Shown: positions 28,842 to 39,003 of the stretch, in pieces | Layout of the letters: the number at the start of each line of letters is the position of its first letter | Numbering within the stretch: the first letter of the stretch is position 1 | Assembly: GCA_947084965.1 (NCBI GenBank) | Contig: CAMTUG010000002.1 | Coordinates: 79,434 to 143,433 of the forward strand | Source: an uncultured Parcubacteria group bacterium | GTDB lineage: Bacteria; Patescibacteriota; Patescibacteriia; UBA9934; CAMTUG01 | Direction of reading: 5' to 3' | DNA: 64,000 nt | Position numbers and translations under genes: made by a program | Notes under the pieces: generated by a model | Databases searched by the model: none | The model's input: the letters and a program-made list of their open reading frames with translations, nothing else | Told to the model about the DNA's origin: nothing

Positions 28842-29609
28842 ATGGCCCACATTATCTCAGTCGTAAATCAGAAAGGAGGCGTGGGGAAAACGACGACCAC
28901 GGTTAACCTGGCTTCGTATTTGGCACATTTAGGCAAGTACGTTTTGGTTGTTGATCTTGATCCGCAGGCCAACGCCAGTTCGGCGTTTGGCATCAACTAT
29001 AACGATATCCCTGGAGGTACGTATGAAGGGATGATCGGAACACACCGCACCAAGGATCTGATCCGCACGACTGAACATGAAGGACTAAAGATCCTCCCGG
29101 CGTCACCGTCGCTTGCCGGGGCGGCTGTGGAGTTGGTCAATGAACTCGCCCGCGAGCACAAATTGCGCAACACCTTGCTTGAGGTGCGCAACGACTACGA
29201 TTATATTTTGATCGATAATCCACCATCGCTCGGGTTGTTGACGGTCAACGGACTTGTGGCTGCGGACAGTGTGCTCATTCCTGTGCAGGCCGAATATTTT
29301 GCTCTCGAGGGTCTCGGTCAGTTGCTGCAAACCGTTGACCTGATCAAACAGTCGCTCAATCCAAACCTCAAACTGATGGGCGCCGTGATCACCATGTTTG
29401 ATCCGCGCACCAAATTGTCGCAAGAAGTTTTTTCTGAACTGTATCGTTACTTCCCAGACAAGATTTATCGCTCGGTCATTCCACGTTCTGTACGCCTGGC
29501 CGAAGCGCCGAGTTTTGGCAAGTCGATCTTGAGTTATGACCCGTCCTCGAAGGCGGCGCGGGCCTACGAACGGTTGGCGAGAGAATTTTTATACCGAGAG
29601 GAATTATGA
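28842..29609 (+). CDS. parA: ParA/Soj ATPase
   Basis: NQKGGVGKTTT, DLDPQAN, RLAEAPSFG. Confidence 0.95.
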   Translation: MAHIISVVNQKGGVGKTTTTVNLASYLAHLGKYVLVVDLDPQANASSAFGINYNDIPGGTYEGMIGTHRTKDLIRTTEHEGLKILPASPSLAGAAVELVNELAREHKLRNTLLEVRNDYDYILIDNPPSLGLLTVNGLVAADSVLIPVQAEYFALEGLGQLLQTVDLIKQSLNPNLKLMGAVITMFDPRTKLSQEVFSELYRYFPDKIYRSVIPRSVRLAEAPSFGKSILSYDPSSKAARAYERLAREFLYREEL

Positions 29610-30451
29610 AAAATTCAGGTCTTGGGAGGGGGCTTGGCTCCTTAATCCCGATGAAGCAGACAGAGGCACCGAGTGTGGTGCCACAAGGGAACATTCGCGA
29701 CGTTCCTGTCGGTTCGATTCGCGAAAACCCGCGTCAGCCACGTACCCATTTTTCTCCGAGCGAACTTGAGGATCTGATCGCTTCCATTAAGGAGCATGGG
29801 ATCATCCAGCCGCTCGTGGTGACGGAACTTGGCGGTAATTCCTACGAGTTAATCGCCGGTGAACGTCGTTTGCGCTCGGCACGGATGCTGGGCCTCGCGA
29901 CCGTACCAGCAGTGGTGCGTACCGCCAACGATCAAGAAAAGCTCGAGCTCGCGCTCATTGAAAATATTCAGCGCCAGGACTTGAACGCTCTGGAAGAAGC
30001 GGTCGCGTTTCAGGCGCTGGTCGAAGAGTTTGGGCTGACCCAAGATGAAGTGGCTAAGCGGGTAGGAAAGAGTCGTAGCGCCGTCGCCAACACTATTCGT
30101 TTAATGGATCTGCCGGAAGAGATGCGTCAGGCGTTGGTGGACGGGAAGATCACCAAGAGCCATGCACGCACCTTACTTGCTGAAACGGATCTCGCTAAAC
30201 GTGAACATCTTTTTCATGCCATGATGAACGGCGGCGGGATGACGGTGCGCGAGGCAGAGGCTCGTACAACCCCAACGACTAAATCTGCACCGATGCCAAA
30301 GGATCCAAATATTCTTGATCACGAACGTAAACTACGCGAGATTCTCGGCACCAAGGTCGACATTCAGGATCGTGGGGGTAAAGGGAAAATCACTGTCAGT
30401 TATTTTTCAAAGGAGGAATTCCGTGACCTGCTTAGTAAGTTGAGCGAATAA
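29606..30451 (+). CDS. parB: ParB/Spo0J
   Basis: GLGRGL, NPRQPR, IAGERRLR, LIENIQR, HTH. Confidence 0.95.
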   Translation: MKNSGLGRGLGSLIPMKQTEAPSVVPQGNIRDVPVGSIRENPRQPRTHFSPSELEDLIASIKEHGIIQPLVVTELGGNSYELIAGERRLRSARMLGLATVPAVVRTANDQEKLELALIENIQRQDLNALEEAVAFQALVEEFGLTQDEVAKRVGKSRSAVANTIRLMDLPEEMRQALVDGKITKSHARTLLAETDLAKREHLFHAMMNGGGMTVREAEARTTPTTKSAPMPKDPNILDHERKLREILGTKVDIQDRGGKGKITVSYFSKEEFRDLLSKLSE

Positions 30452-30478
30452 AAACGGGGGCTTGTCGCCCTCGTTTTT
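30450..30478. terminator. Bidirectional terminator between parB and rel
   Basis: AAAAACGGGGG-cttgtcg-CCCTCGTTTTT between convergent genes. Confidence 0.6.
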
Positions 30479-31973
30479 ACTTTGTTTTTTTGCCGACCAT
30501 TTTGGTAAGCCAGACTTTGACCGTCGATCGTGTTGCTTCGCGAATCCGTTCTCGAGCGTGATGGGACTTCACGAACTTCAGCCAGTCGGGGTTCGGTCCT
30601 TTGCGATTTTTATCAGTGATGATCTGACACATATCCCCGCTTTGCAATTCTGTGTCCAAGTTAACCATGACGTCATTAACGCGCGCCCCAGTGCATTTGT
30701 TCCCAATATCGGTGTGGATGGCGTAGGCCAGATCGACTGGCGTTGATCCTTCGGCCAATTCAATCACGTCGCCCTTGGGAGTAAAGACGAAGATACGATC
30801 TTTAAAGACTTCTAGCTTCGTCTCCTTTAACTGATCAAGGAAATCTCCCTTTGCCTCAATCGACTTTTGTACCTGCGCTAACTCTTCCATCCATTTCATG
30901 TCGCGCGGTTTGTATTTGCCGCCATCTTCTTTATAGCGCCAATGGGCCGCAACCCCATATTCGGCACTTTCATGCATTTCGGTCGTACGGATTTGGAATT
31001 CAACGATCGCTCCGTCTTCAGCAAAGATCGTCGTGTGCAACGATTGATAGCCGTTCGGCTTTGGTTGGGCAATATAATCCTTGATGCGTCCAGCCAGCGG
31101 CTTCCAGCGATTATGGAGGATACCAAGAACGGAATAGCAATCGCTGACGTCGTCAACGATAATGCGCACGGCGATAATGTCGTAGACTTTGTTGATGTCG
31201 TTGTGATGCTTGCCGAGCTTGCGATGGAGCGAGTAGAGGCGCTTGACGCGGCCGTGGATGGAAACGGGGATAATCTCTTGTTCAAGAAGTTCCTGGTAGG
31301 CGATCTCCATTGTTTTGTTGACCAACGTTTCTTTTTCACGCACCGTACGTTCGAGCAAAGTGTTGACCATCTGATACTCCTTTGGTTCGGCGTACATAAA
31401 TGCTAGATCTTCCAAATCGCCGCGCATCATCCCCATCCCCAAACGATTGGCGATTGGGGCGTAGATTTCGAGCGTTTCACGAGCAACACGCAGTTGCTTT
31501 TCCCGCGGTCGGGCATAGAGCGTCCGCAAGTTATGCAGGCGATCGGCAAATTTAATAAAGACGACGCGTACATCTTTTGACATGGCAAGGAACATGCGGC
31601 GCATATTTTCCGCATACAGATCATTCCCTTGGTACTTCACTTTTTTGAGCTTGGTGACTGCATCAACGAGGTCGGCGATATCATCATTAAACGTTTGGCG
31701 AAGCTGATCAACGGTGACGTCCGTGTCCTCGATAACGTCATGTAAAATACCGGCAGCAACGACTTCGATGCCAAGTTTCATCTCAGCGAGCTTGTAGGCG
31801 CAGGAAACGGGATGGGTAATGTACTCATGACCCGTTTGGCGCTTTTTCCCCCCATGGGCCGACAACGCCAACTGATACGCCCGTTCGATCAACTGAAGAT
31901 CGGGCGCTTCGTAATTCTTTTTGACGAGCTCGATAAGGTCGTCGTACGTCATTTCAATTTTCTGATCAGACAT
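30477..31973 (-). CDS. rel: RelA/SpoT homolog (HD + synthetase + TGS; no ZFD/ACT)
   Basis: LHDVIEDT, KFADRLHN, KDYIAQPKPNGYQSLHT, FTPKGD; ATG 31973. Confidence 0.92.
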   Translation of the reverse strand: MSDQKIEMTYDDLIELVKKNYEAPDLQLIERAYQLALSAHGGKKRQTGHEYITHPVSCAYKLAEMKLGIEVVAAGILHDVIEDTDVTVDQLRQTFNDDIADLVDAVTKLKKVKYQGNDLYAENMRRMFLAMSKDVRVVFIKFADRLHNLRTLYARPREKQLRVARETLEIYAPIANRLGMGMMRGDLEDLAFMYAEPKEYQMVNTLLERTVREKETLVNKTMEIAYQELLEQEIIPVSIHGRVKRLYSLHRKLGKHHNDINKVYDIIAVRIIVDDVSDCYSVLGILHNRWKPLAGRIKDYIAQPKPNGYQSLHTTIFAEDGAIVEFQIRTTEMHESAEYGVAAHWRYKEDGGKYKPRDMKWMEELAQVQKSIEAKGDFLDQLKETKLEVFKDRIFVFTPKGDVIELAEGSTPVDLAYAIHTDIGNKCTGARVNDVMVNLDTELQSGDMCQIITDKNRKGPNPDWLKFVKSHHARERIREATRSTVKVWLTKMVGKKTK

Positions 31974-32037
31974 AGCGTATCTATCTAACGTAGTGAAATT
32001 TAAGCTTTTTGTAAAGCAGGACCCCCACGTGACGTAC

Positions 32038-32628
32038 TCACGCGGGGGTTCCGTTCTTGATGATCCCGGCTTCGACCAGGACCTTGTAGAGGTTGGGGGA
32101 GATGGGAAGACCATCTTCGGTCTGACCCGCCTTGATCTCGGTGGTAGTGACGAATCGCGCCATGGGGGACTTGGCTGCCTCCTGTTCGATGCGTCGCATG
32201 ACCTGTCGGGCCAGGGACATGACCACGAGGACGTAGAAGTAGATCGCCAGCTGACCACGGCTGTCCATCTCCTGGTGCGGAAGGGGAGGGGTCTTTCTCT
32301 GGATCTTCATCTTTGTCTTGTGGAGTTCCCGATCAATGAGTCCGTAGGCGACCAGCTCCTGGTTCAAGCGGCGGCGGATGGCACGGTCGCGGGACTCTCG
32401 GCCTACCATCGGTTGGGAGAACCCGGCGATCGTCGCTGCCATCGCCCGAGCGGTCGTGGCCTCGACGTGGACCGGCTCACCGTTGCTGTTCCCGTCGGCA
32501 GAGGTGTAGTGCACCCGCCCTCCTGGAAGGAAGAACCAGGCGCGCGGGGCTCTGTGCATGAGCAGGAGGAAGCGCCCCTGCTCGTCACGGATGATGGCTT
32601 TCACCATCAACTTCATCATGACGGACAT
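32038..32628 (-). CDS. GC-rich solo gene, degenerate NUDIX-like protein
   Basis: VKAIIRDEQGRFLLL..WFFLPGG..AIRRRLNQEL; AGGAG SD. Confidence 0.6.
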   Translation of the reverse strand: MSVMMKLMVKAIIRDEQGRFLLLMHRAPRAWFFLPGGRVHYTSADGNSNGEPVHVEATTARAMAATIAGFSQPMVGRESRDRAIRRRLNQELVAYGLIDRELHKTKMKIQRKTPPLPHQEMDSRGQLAIYFYVLVVMSLARQVMRRIEQEAAKSPMARFVTTTEIKAGQTEDGLPISPNLYKVLVEAGIIKNGTPA

Positions 32629-32737
32629 GGAGGACTCCTGGGTTGGTCAGTCGCCACAATCATGGCAGATCTGCACAAAAAGTCAACGGTTGCCCCGGGA
32701 GGCAGTTTTCGATATACTGGAGGCATAATCATCAACT

Positions 32738-34078
32738 ATGCCTCCAAGGAATGTTCGTGCGGGGAGAGCCGGTGGCGACCCAGGTGTGGGTGGCAGAGGC
32801 GGCCGCGATCGCAGCGTTGCTGCTCGAAGGAATGCAGAACCTGCCATGCCTCGCATTTCGCCGGAGAAGCAGGCACTTGTTGATGCGGAACATGCCCGAG
32901 AACGAGCGGAGCGTGTTGTCCAACTGCGAGCAGAGGTTCGGGCAACAGAGGCCCGAGAAGAGGAACGGACCAGAAAAGCCGTGGAGCGAGCCAGTCGAAA
33001 TCCAGAGGATTTTTCCGTAGGCTTCTCGACGCATGACGGGGCTGACGGTGCAACTGAGGTCACCCTTTCCCTTCGTGGATCTGACGGTCAGGAAATTGAC
33101 CTCAAGGAATATCTCTCTGAGTTGGAGGATTTCGACGTTCGTCTTTCGCCGGATGGCGCCTTTCATTTTCAAGACAAGCCCGCCGATCGGCCAGACGCCA
33201 AGGCTGTTATTTTAATCCCCGAACGCTTAACGAGTGATGCCGGCAGTCCAGAAGATTCCGCCCGTAGATTGCTCGAGGTCGCTGAAGCGATCATCGGGAG
33301 AGAGAAGGAAAAAAAGGTGGCGGAGGCCCGGGAAAAACTCGAACATGAGCTGGTGCATATTTACGAAGGTCACGCGCACGAGCCGCCAGTGCGTTGGGCG
33401 GATCGGGTCGAACATTGGGCGGCGGAGTTTCCGAGCAAGCACCTTTTTTGGGATGATAAGGCGAAAGACTATAAAAAACTTGAGGATGCCTACGCCAAGG
33501 CAGATCGTGAACGTGAAGCGTACGTTTCCGAAAAGTTGCAGGGATTTGCTGACGCTTTAAAGAACGGTGAAAATGTCGATCTTGAAGCGGTCCTGGGTGG
33601 TATCTCCGCCAGGCCTGCGGATACCAATCTGATTTTCAGTGGTCCGCAGAGCGAAGGTCGAGGATCGTTTGAGCAGAATGATTCGGTGCGAACGCGTGTG
33701 GTCGATGCGGTCTGGGATAAAAGGGATGCAGAAGGAAGTCAGCGGCTTATTCCTCGTGCTGCTCGAGCGACGGGGCGCTTCCTTCATCGTGACGTGGGGG
33801 CGGTAACGAGGACGATGGGTGGCGTGGCTCTCGGTGCGGGGATAGGACTCGTTGTCGCTGGATGGAAGATGGGTGGACGGTTTTTATATAAGCAGCTTTC
33901 TCGTTTCTTCCATAACGTCGTCGGTGCAGAAGATCACCCGCATTCGACGGTGCCGGTTTTCGGAGGGGCCATTGATTGGCTCCAAGGGAAGATGAGAGGA
34001 TTTTCTGAGGAGGTTCTTCCTCTGCTTGATGAGAAGGGTGCGGGCGGGCACGGAGGGGGAGGAGGCGCACATCATTAG
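32738..34078 (+). CDS. Hypothetical protein with C-terminal hydrophobic segment
   Basis: 446-aa ORF followed by hairpin at 34084-34122; start uncertain. Confidence 0.65.
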   Translation: MPPRNVRAGRAGGDPGVGGRGGRDRSVAARRNAEPAMPRISPEKQALVDAEHARERAERVVQLRAEVRATEAREEERTRKAVERASRNPEDFSVGFSTHDGADGATEVTLSLRGSDGQEIDLKEYLSELEDFDVRLSPDGAFHFQDKPADRPDAKAVILIPERLTSDAGSPEDSARRLLEVAEAIIGREKEKKVAEAREKLEHELVHIYEGHAHEPPVRWADRVEHWAAEFPSKHLFWDDKAKDYKKLEDAYAKADREREAYVSEKLQGFADALKNGENVDLEAVLGGISARPADTNLIFSGPQSEGRGSFEQNDSVRTRVVDAVWDKRDAEGSQRLIPRAARATGRFLHRDVGAVTRTMGGVALGAGIGLVVAGWKMGGRFLYKQLSRFFHNVVGAEDHPHSTVPVFGGAIDWLQGKMRGFSEEVLPLLDEKGAGGHGGGGGAHH

Positions 34079-34122
34079 CAAAAATAAAGGATCCGGTGCC
34101 TCATCAGCGCCGGATCTTTTAT

Positions 34123-36192
34123 TTACTCCTGGGTCAATTCGTGTGTTTGTTCTTTTTCAAACTGACATTCCTTGTTCGAGCACTTAATCTTTTCTTTGCC
34201 CGCGAAGACGAGGAGGGATCCGCAGGTCGGACAGAGTTCTCCGGTCGGTTTATTCCAGAGGGCGAACTTGCAATCTGGATAGCGCTTGCAGGAAAAGAAC
34301 ACTTTGCCGCGGCGCGATTTTTTTTCCACGATCTCCCCTTGCTTGCATTCTGGACATTCAACCCCGGTGGATTTCAGGATCGGTTTGGTGTTTTTACAAT
34401 CTGGGAATCCTGTGCAGGCGATGAACTGGCCGAAACGACCGATTTTGATGACCATCGGTTTGCCGCACTTATCACAGATCTCATCCGTTGGAATAACTGG
34501 CTGGACCATCTTTTCGATTGTCGACTCCTTGGCCTTGATCGATTCTGCAAATGGCGTAAAGAAATCGCGGATCATCGGTACCCAGGCCGTTTTGCCTTCG
34601 GCGATATTATCTAGTTCATTTTCCATCCCGGCGGTGAATTCGTAGTCAACGATATTGGGGAAGTGCTCTTTGAGCAGATCCACCACATCTTCCGCCACGG
34701 CTAATGGGGCAAGTTTGCGCGATTCGTCCCGTTCCACATAGCCGCGAGCGACAATCGTCGCGATCGTTGGGGCGTAGGTCGATGGGCGGCCGATCCCATG
34801 TTCTTCCATCACTTTGACGAGCGTCGCATCGCTGTAGCGGGCTGGGGGTTCGGTGAAGTGTTGGGTCGGGGTGATCGAGGTATTGCTGACGGTGTCGCCT
34901 TCGCTAAGCGGCGGGAGGAGCGTTTCTTTTGTTGCTCGGTACACCTTCATGAACCCATCAAAAACGATCGTTGATCCATTGGCGCGGAAGATGTCGCCCG
35001 TTTTACTCGCCACGATATTCATGGCGGTGCGCTCGAGTTCGGCTTCGGGCATCTGGGTAGCCAGGGTACGGCGCCAGATCAAGGTGTACAGCTTCAAGGC
35101 GCGTGGATCAAGTTCACCAGCAAGCGATTCTGGCGTCGTTGTTGGGTCGGTTGGGCGGATCGCTTCGTGCGCTTCCTGCGCCCCTTTGGATTTTGTTTTG
35201 AACGTGCGGTGCTCAGCTAACTGATAGTTCTCCCCAAACGCCGTGCCGATATAATTCTTGGCTTGTTCCAAAAATTGCTCAGAGAGGTTCATCGAGTCCG
35301 TACGCATGTAGGTGATGCGACCTGTTTCGTACAGACCTTGAGCAAGCTGCATCGTCGTCTTGGCAGAGAGGCCAAGTTTGGTGTTGGCTTCGATCTGGAG
35401 GTTCGAGGTGGTGAACGGCGTTGGCGGAGCTTTTTTAACGCGCTTCTTTTGGATGGAATGGATGGTGAAGGTGTCGCCATTTAATCCATCGACGATCGCT
35501 TGAGCGTCCTCTGCAGTCTTGATGTCCATCTTTTCCAGCTTTTTCCCGTTGTGCGAAACGAGTTCGGCGGCGATCTCTGTCCCGTCTTTGGTGAAGACGG
35601 CGTCGATCGTCCAATACTCTTCCTGAACGAACGCACGGCGTTCACGTTCGCGCTCCACGATCAATCGCACAGCGACCGATTGCACCCGTCCGGCCGACAA
35701 CCCGCGACGGATCTTCTTCCATAGAAGCGGGGAGAGGGAATACCCGACTAAGCGATCAAGAATACGTCGTGCCTGCTGGGCATCGACGAGCTGCATGTCG
35801 AGCGCACGAGGATGCTCGAGCGCCTTTTCGATCGCCCCTTTGGTGATTTCGTGAAAGGTGATGCGTTTGGCCTCTGCTGTTGGTACCTCGAGTAATTCTG
35901 CTAAATGCCAAGAGATCGCTTCACCTTCACGGTCCTCATCTGTTGCAAAGTACACTTCGTCCGCTTTTGCCGCTGCTTTTTTGAGAGCGGTGACGTGCTT
36001 GCGGGCTTTGGTCGGGACGATGTAATCCGGACGAAAATCATGTTCCATGTCGACCCCCATCTTGCTTTTGGGAAGATCACGCACGTGCCCAAACGAAGAG
36101 AGGACGGTGTAGTCCTTTCCCACAAATTTCGAAATCGTTTTTGCTTTCGTCGGCGACTCGACGATCAGGAGTTTATGCGTGCCTTTTGTCAT
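34123..36192 (-). CDS. topA: DNA topoisomerase I
   Basis: LIVESPTKAKTI, ATDEDREGE, SAGRVQS, ITYMRTDS, C-terminal C4 Zn ribbons. Confidence 0.97.
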   Translation of the reverse strand: MTKGTHKLLIVESPTKAKTISKFVGKDYTVLSSFGHVRDLPKSKMGVDMEHDFRPDYIVPTKARKHVTALKKAAAKADEVYFATDEDREGEAISWHLAELLEVPTAEAKRITFHEITKGAIEKALEHPRALDMQLVDAQQARRILDRLVGYSLSPLLWKKIRRGLSAGRVQSVAVRLIVERERERRAFVQEEYWTIDAVFTKDGTEIAAELVSHNGKKLEKMDIKTAEDAQAIVDGLNGDTFTIHSIQKKRVKKAPPTPFTTSNLQIEANTKLGLSAKTTMQLAQGLYETGRITYMRTDSMNLSEQFLEQAKNYIGTAFGENYQLAEHRTFKTKSKGAQEAHEAIRPTDPTTTPESLAGELDPRALKLYTLIWRRTLATQMPEAELERTAMNIVASKTGDIFRANGSTIVFDGFMKVYRATKETLLPPLSEGDTVSNTSITPTQHFTEPPARYSDATLVKVMEEHGIGRPSTYAPTIATIVARGYVERDESRKLAPLAVAEDVVDLLKEHFPNIVDYEFTAGMENELDNIAEGKTAWVPMIRDFFTPFAESIKAKESTIEKMVQPVIPTDEICDKCGKPMVIKIGRFGQFIACTGFPDCKNTKPILKSTGVECPECKQGEIVEKKSRRGKVFFSCKRYPDCKFALWNKPTGELCPTCGSLLVFAGKEKIKCSNKECQFEKEQTHELTQE

Positions 36193-36227
36193 ATGTTGAA
36201 CGATGATGCCCGCTTTTTGCGCGTCTG

Positions 36228-37091
36228 TCAACCGATGATGTAATGTCCGCCCCCCACATGCCGTACCTTTCCTTTGATTTCCATCATGGTGATCGTTGCT
36301 AGTGCTGTTGATGTACTGAGGTTGCTTTTCTCAATGATATTGTCAATATGTGTCGGTGCTTTGCCAAGAAATGAAAGGAGCGTCGCCTCCTGCTCGTTGT
36401 CTGGTTTGTGACCTCCGACGACGGATGTCCCAACAACGAATCCTTTCTTCTTCAGGATATCGAGAATATCGCTGGCTGACGTTGTAACGTAAGCCCCATC
36501 TTTGATAAGGAGGTTTGGCCCCGTGCTCGTTGGAGAATCGATCTGTCCAGGGACGGCGAAAATCTCTCGATTTTGGGCGATTGCGGCTCGGGCGGTAATC
36601 ATCGTTCCAGAGGGCTCGGCCGCTTCAATGACGAGCGTGCCGTAACACATACCGCTGATCACCTGGTTTCTCACCGGAAAGTTTGCACGGTATGGAAATG
36701 TCCCTGGTGGAAATTGGGTGATGATGGCACTTTCGCGATCAAGCATCCGGTTAGCGATAAATGTATTTCCTGCTGGCCCGACGCGATCAATACCTGAAGC
36801 GAGAACTCCGATGGTCCTTCCACCAACATCAAGTGCAGCTTCGTGAGCAATAGCATCAATTCCGTACGCTAGCCCAGAGACGATCACGACTCCGGCTTGA
36901 GCTAGCCCTTCCACGATCATTCGGGCAGTACGTCGACCGTAAGGCGTACAGTTACGACTCCCGACAACAGCAATCATTAAGGTGTCGGGGGGAGGGAGGA
37001 CTCCCTTCACGTATAGTTGATCCGGTGCGTCATGGATTTCGCGCAGGAGGTTAGGGTACTCAAAACTACACTTATCTAAAATTTTGAACAC
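36228..37091 (-). CDS. dprA: DNA-processing protein DprA (short, no N-terminal SAM domain)
   Basis: VVGSR, VSGLAYGIDAIAH, FPVRNQVISG, AVPG. Confidence 0.93.
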   Translation of the reverse strand: MFKILDKCSFEYPNLLREIHDAPDQLYVKGVLPPPDTLMIAVVGSRNCTPYGRRTARMIVEGLAQAGVVIVSGLAYGIDAIAHEAALDVGGRTIGVLASGIDRVGPAGNTFIANRMLDRESAIITQFPPGTFPYRANFPVRNQVISGMCYGTLVIEAAEPSGTMITARAAIAQNREIFAVPGQIDSPTSTGPNLLIKDGAYVTTSASDILDILKKKGFVVGTSVVGGHKPDNEQEATLLSFLGKAPTHIDNIIEKSNLSTSTALATITMMEIKGKVRHVGGGHYIIG

Positions 37092-37109
37092 AAAATGTAG
37101 TCAAAAAGT

Positions 37110-37628
37110 TTAAAAACGGAGTTTTTCGAGCACCCTGGCGATGACTTCAGGCAACTTCGCGGCTTCATCAACACTCCAGCGCCCCAGGACAAACACGTCT
37201 AAAGGAACCCCGTCCTCTGGCGGCCGCCCAATCCCAACTCGTACCTGAACAAAATCCATCGATCCGCCAAACGTTTCCTGAATGGATTTCATCCCATTAT
37301 GCCCAGCACTTCCGCGGCCAGGTTGAATACGTACGTCCCCAAAAGCGAGGTCAGCTTCATCACGCACGACGAAAATATCCTTCGGTTCAATTTTATAGAA
37401 CGAGGCAACGGCTTGCACGGCCTTGCCTGATTCGTTCATGTACGTATCTGGTTTGAGCAGAACAACCTTTTCATCACCGATCATGACTTCGGCAACCTCT
37501 CCATGAAACGCCTTCTTAAAAGACCACCCCACGTCGTTCGCCAACGCGTCAACAACAAGAAACCCGACGTTGTGCCGCGTGCGGGTGTAAGCGTCGCCAG
37601 GATTGCCGAGGCCGACGATTAACTTCAT
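37110..37628 (-). CDS. pth: Peptidyl-tRNA hydrolase
   Basis: LIVGLGNPG..TRHNVGF, TYMNESG, GHNG. Confidence 0.96.
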   Translation of the reverse strand: MKLIVGLGNPGDAYTRTRHNVGFLVVDALANDVGWSFKKAFHGEVAEVMIGDEKVVLLKPDTYMNESGKAVQAVASFYKIEPKDIFVVRDEADLAFGDVRIQPGRGSAGHNGMKSIQETFGGSMDFVQVRVGIGRPPEDGVPLDVFVLGRWSVDEAAKLPEVIARVLEKLRF

Positions 37629-37634
37629 ACGAGA

Positions 37635-39002
37635 TTATGTCTTTCGTAATTCGGTGCGTGAACGCATGCGGATCGGGGTGCCGTCGAATCCAAACTCTTC
37701 GCGCAATTGATTTTCGAGGAAGCGCAGGTAAGACGGATGTAAGACGTCGGCGCGCTTGCCTTTAATCGTCAAGGCAAAGACCGGTGGCGCGACCGCGGTC
37801 TGATGAAATTTGAGAATCACAGGATGGGAAACGCCCTTGTGGCGGGACGGTAAGTGCTTCTTGATCATGCGATGCAAAAATTCGGTTAAGGTATCTTCGT
37901 CAATCTGTTTATAGCGCTCGTTTTGCACATGATCTACCATATCAAGAACTTTTTGGACGTGCTGACCGGTCATGGCCGAGGTGAAGATGATCGGAGCGTA
38001 GGCAAAGAAGGGGATCTTGCCCGCGACGTGGCGCAGATATTCATTTTGCGTGGTCGTTGTTTTGTGCGGTACTAAATCCCATTTGTTGGCGACGATGAGC
38101 GTTGCTGTGTTCGATTCAGACAAGAGCTCGATGATCTTCTTTTCTTGGTTGCCGATTTCACCGAGGACATCGAGGACGAGAATCGCCACGTCGACATGTG
38201 GTAAGAGTTTGAGAGTTTTCATCACACCGGCCAGTTCCATCCCACCACGCTTTTTAACTCCGGCCATCTTGCGGATCCCAGCGGTGTCCACGAAAATATA
38301 GCGCTTGGTGCCGCCCTCTTTCATCGGTACTTCGATTAAGGTGTCGTTTGGTTCGCGAGTGGTGTGGGCCACTGGGCTGGTAATAAAACGCTTTTGCCCA
38401 ACGATTGCGTTCAAGAGCGTGGACTTGCCGACGTTTGGTGTGCCAATGACCATCACGCGCGTGGTGGCCACTTCGGAAACGGGGACCGGCGGACGTTTGG
38501 CTTTTTTCAACTTCTTCCAAACGTCTTCCAGCAAGTCCCCGACCGCCTGCCCTTGGTGAGCGGCGATGGCAAACGGCGCCCCAAGCCCGAGTGCTTTCCA
38601 TTCGCCCGCTTCTGCGGCGCGGCGGAGCGCAGGAGTGTCCGCTTTGTTGCCGACGAGGATGATCGGCTTTTTGCTTTGGCGTAAACGCTTGGCGATCATG
38701 CGATCGTCCGGGTTGATCCCAACTTTGATGTCGACCAAAAATAACACCAAGTCACACTCGTTGATCGCCAGTTCGGCTTGTTCGCGGATGTCGCGATCGA
38801 ACGGATCGATCGCCTTCATGTTGACCCCGCCGGTGTCGATGACGCGAGCGACCGTTCCGTTCCAAAAACAATCTCCTTCCGCACGGTCGCGGGTCGTGCC
38901 AGGGATCGGGGAGGTCAGCGCTTTGTTGGCGCCGAGCAATCGGTTAAACAAGGTCGACTTTCCGACGTTGGCGCGGCCGACGATCGCAATTTTTGGAATC
39001 AT
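37635..39002 (-). CDS. der: Ribosome biogenesis GTPase Der
   Basis: Two G domains (GRANVGKS, GTPNVGKS) plus KH-like tail FGFDGTP. Confidence 0.96.
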   Translation of the reverse strand: MIPKIAIVGRANVGKSTLFNRLLGANKALTSPIPGTTRDRAEGDCFWNGTVARVIDTGGVNMKAIDPFDRDIREQAELAINECDLVLFLVDIKVGINPDDRMIAKRLRQSKKPIILVGNKADTPALRRAAEAGEWKALGLGAPFAIAAHQGQAVGDLLEDVWKKLKKAKRPPVPVSEVATTRVMVIGTPNVGKSTLLNAIVGQKRFITSPVAHTTREPNDTLIEVPMKEGGTKRYIFVDTAGIRKMAGVKKRGGMELAGVMKTLKLLPHVDVAILVLDVLGEIGNQEKKIIELLSESNTATLIVANKWDLVPHKTTTTQNEYLRHVAGKIPFFAYAPIIFTSAMTGQHVQKVLDMVDHVQNERYKQIDEDTLTEFLHRMIKKHLPSRHKGVSHPVILKFHQTAVAPPVFALTIKGKRADVLHPSYLRFLENQLREEFGFDGTPIRMRSRTELRKT

Positions 39003-39003
39003 A

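Noticed and set aside
31974-32258. N-terminal extension of rel
   Set aside because: It overlaps the upstream gene and its hairpin; homology-like sequence starts at MSDQK (31973).
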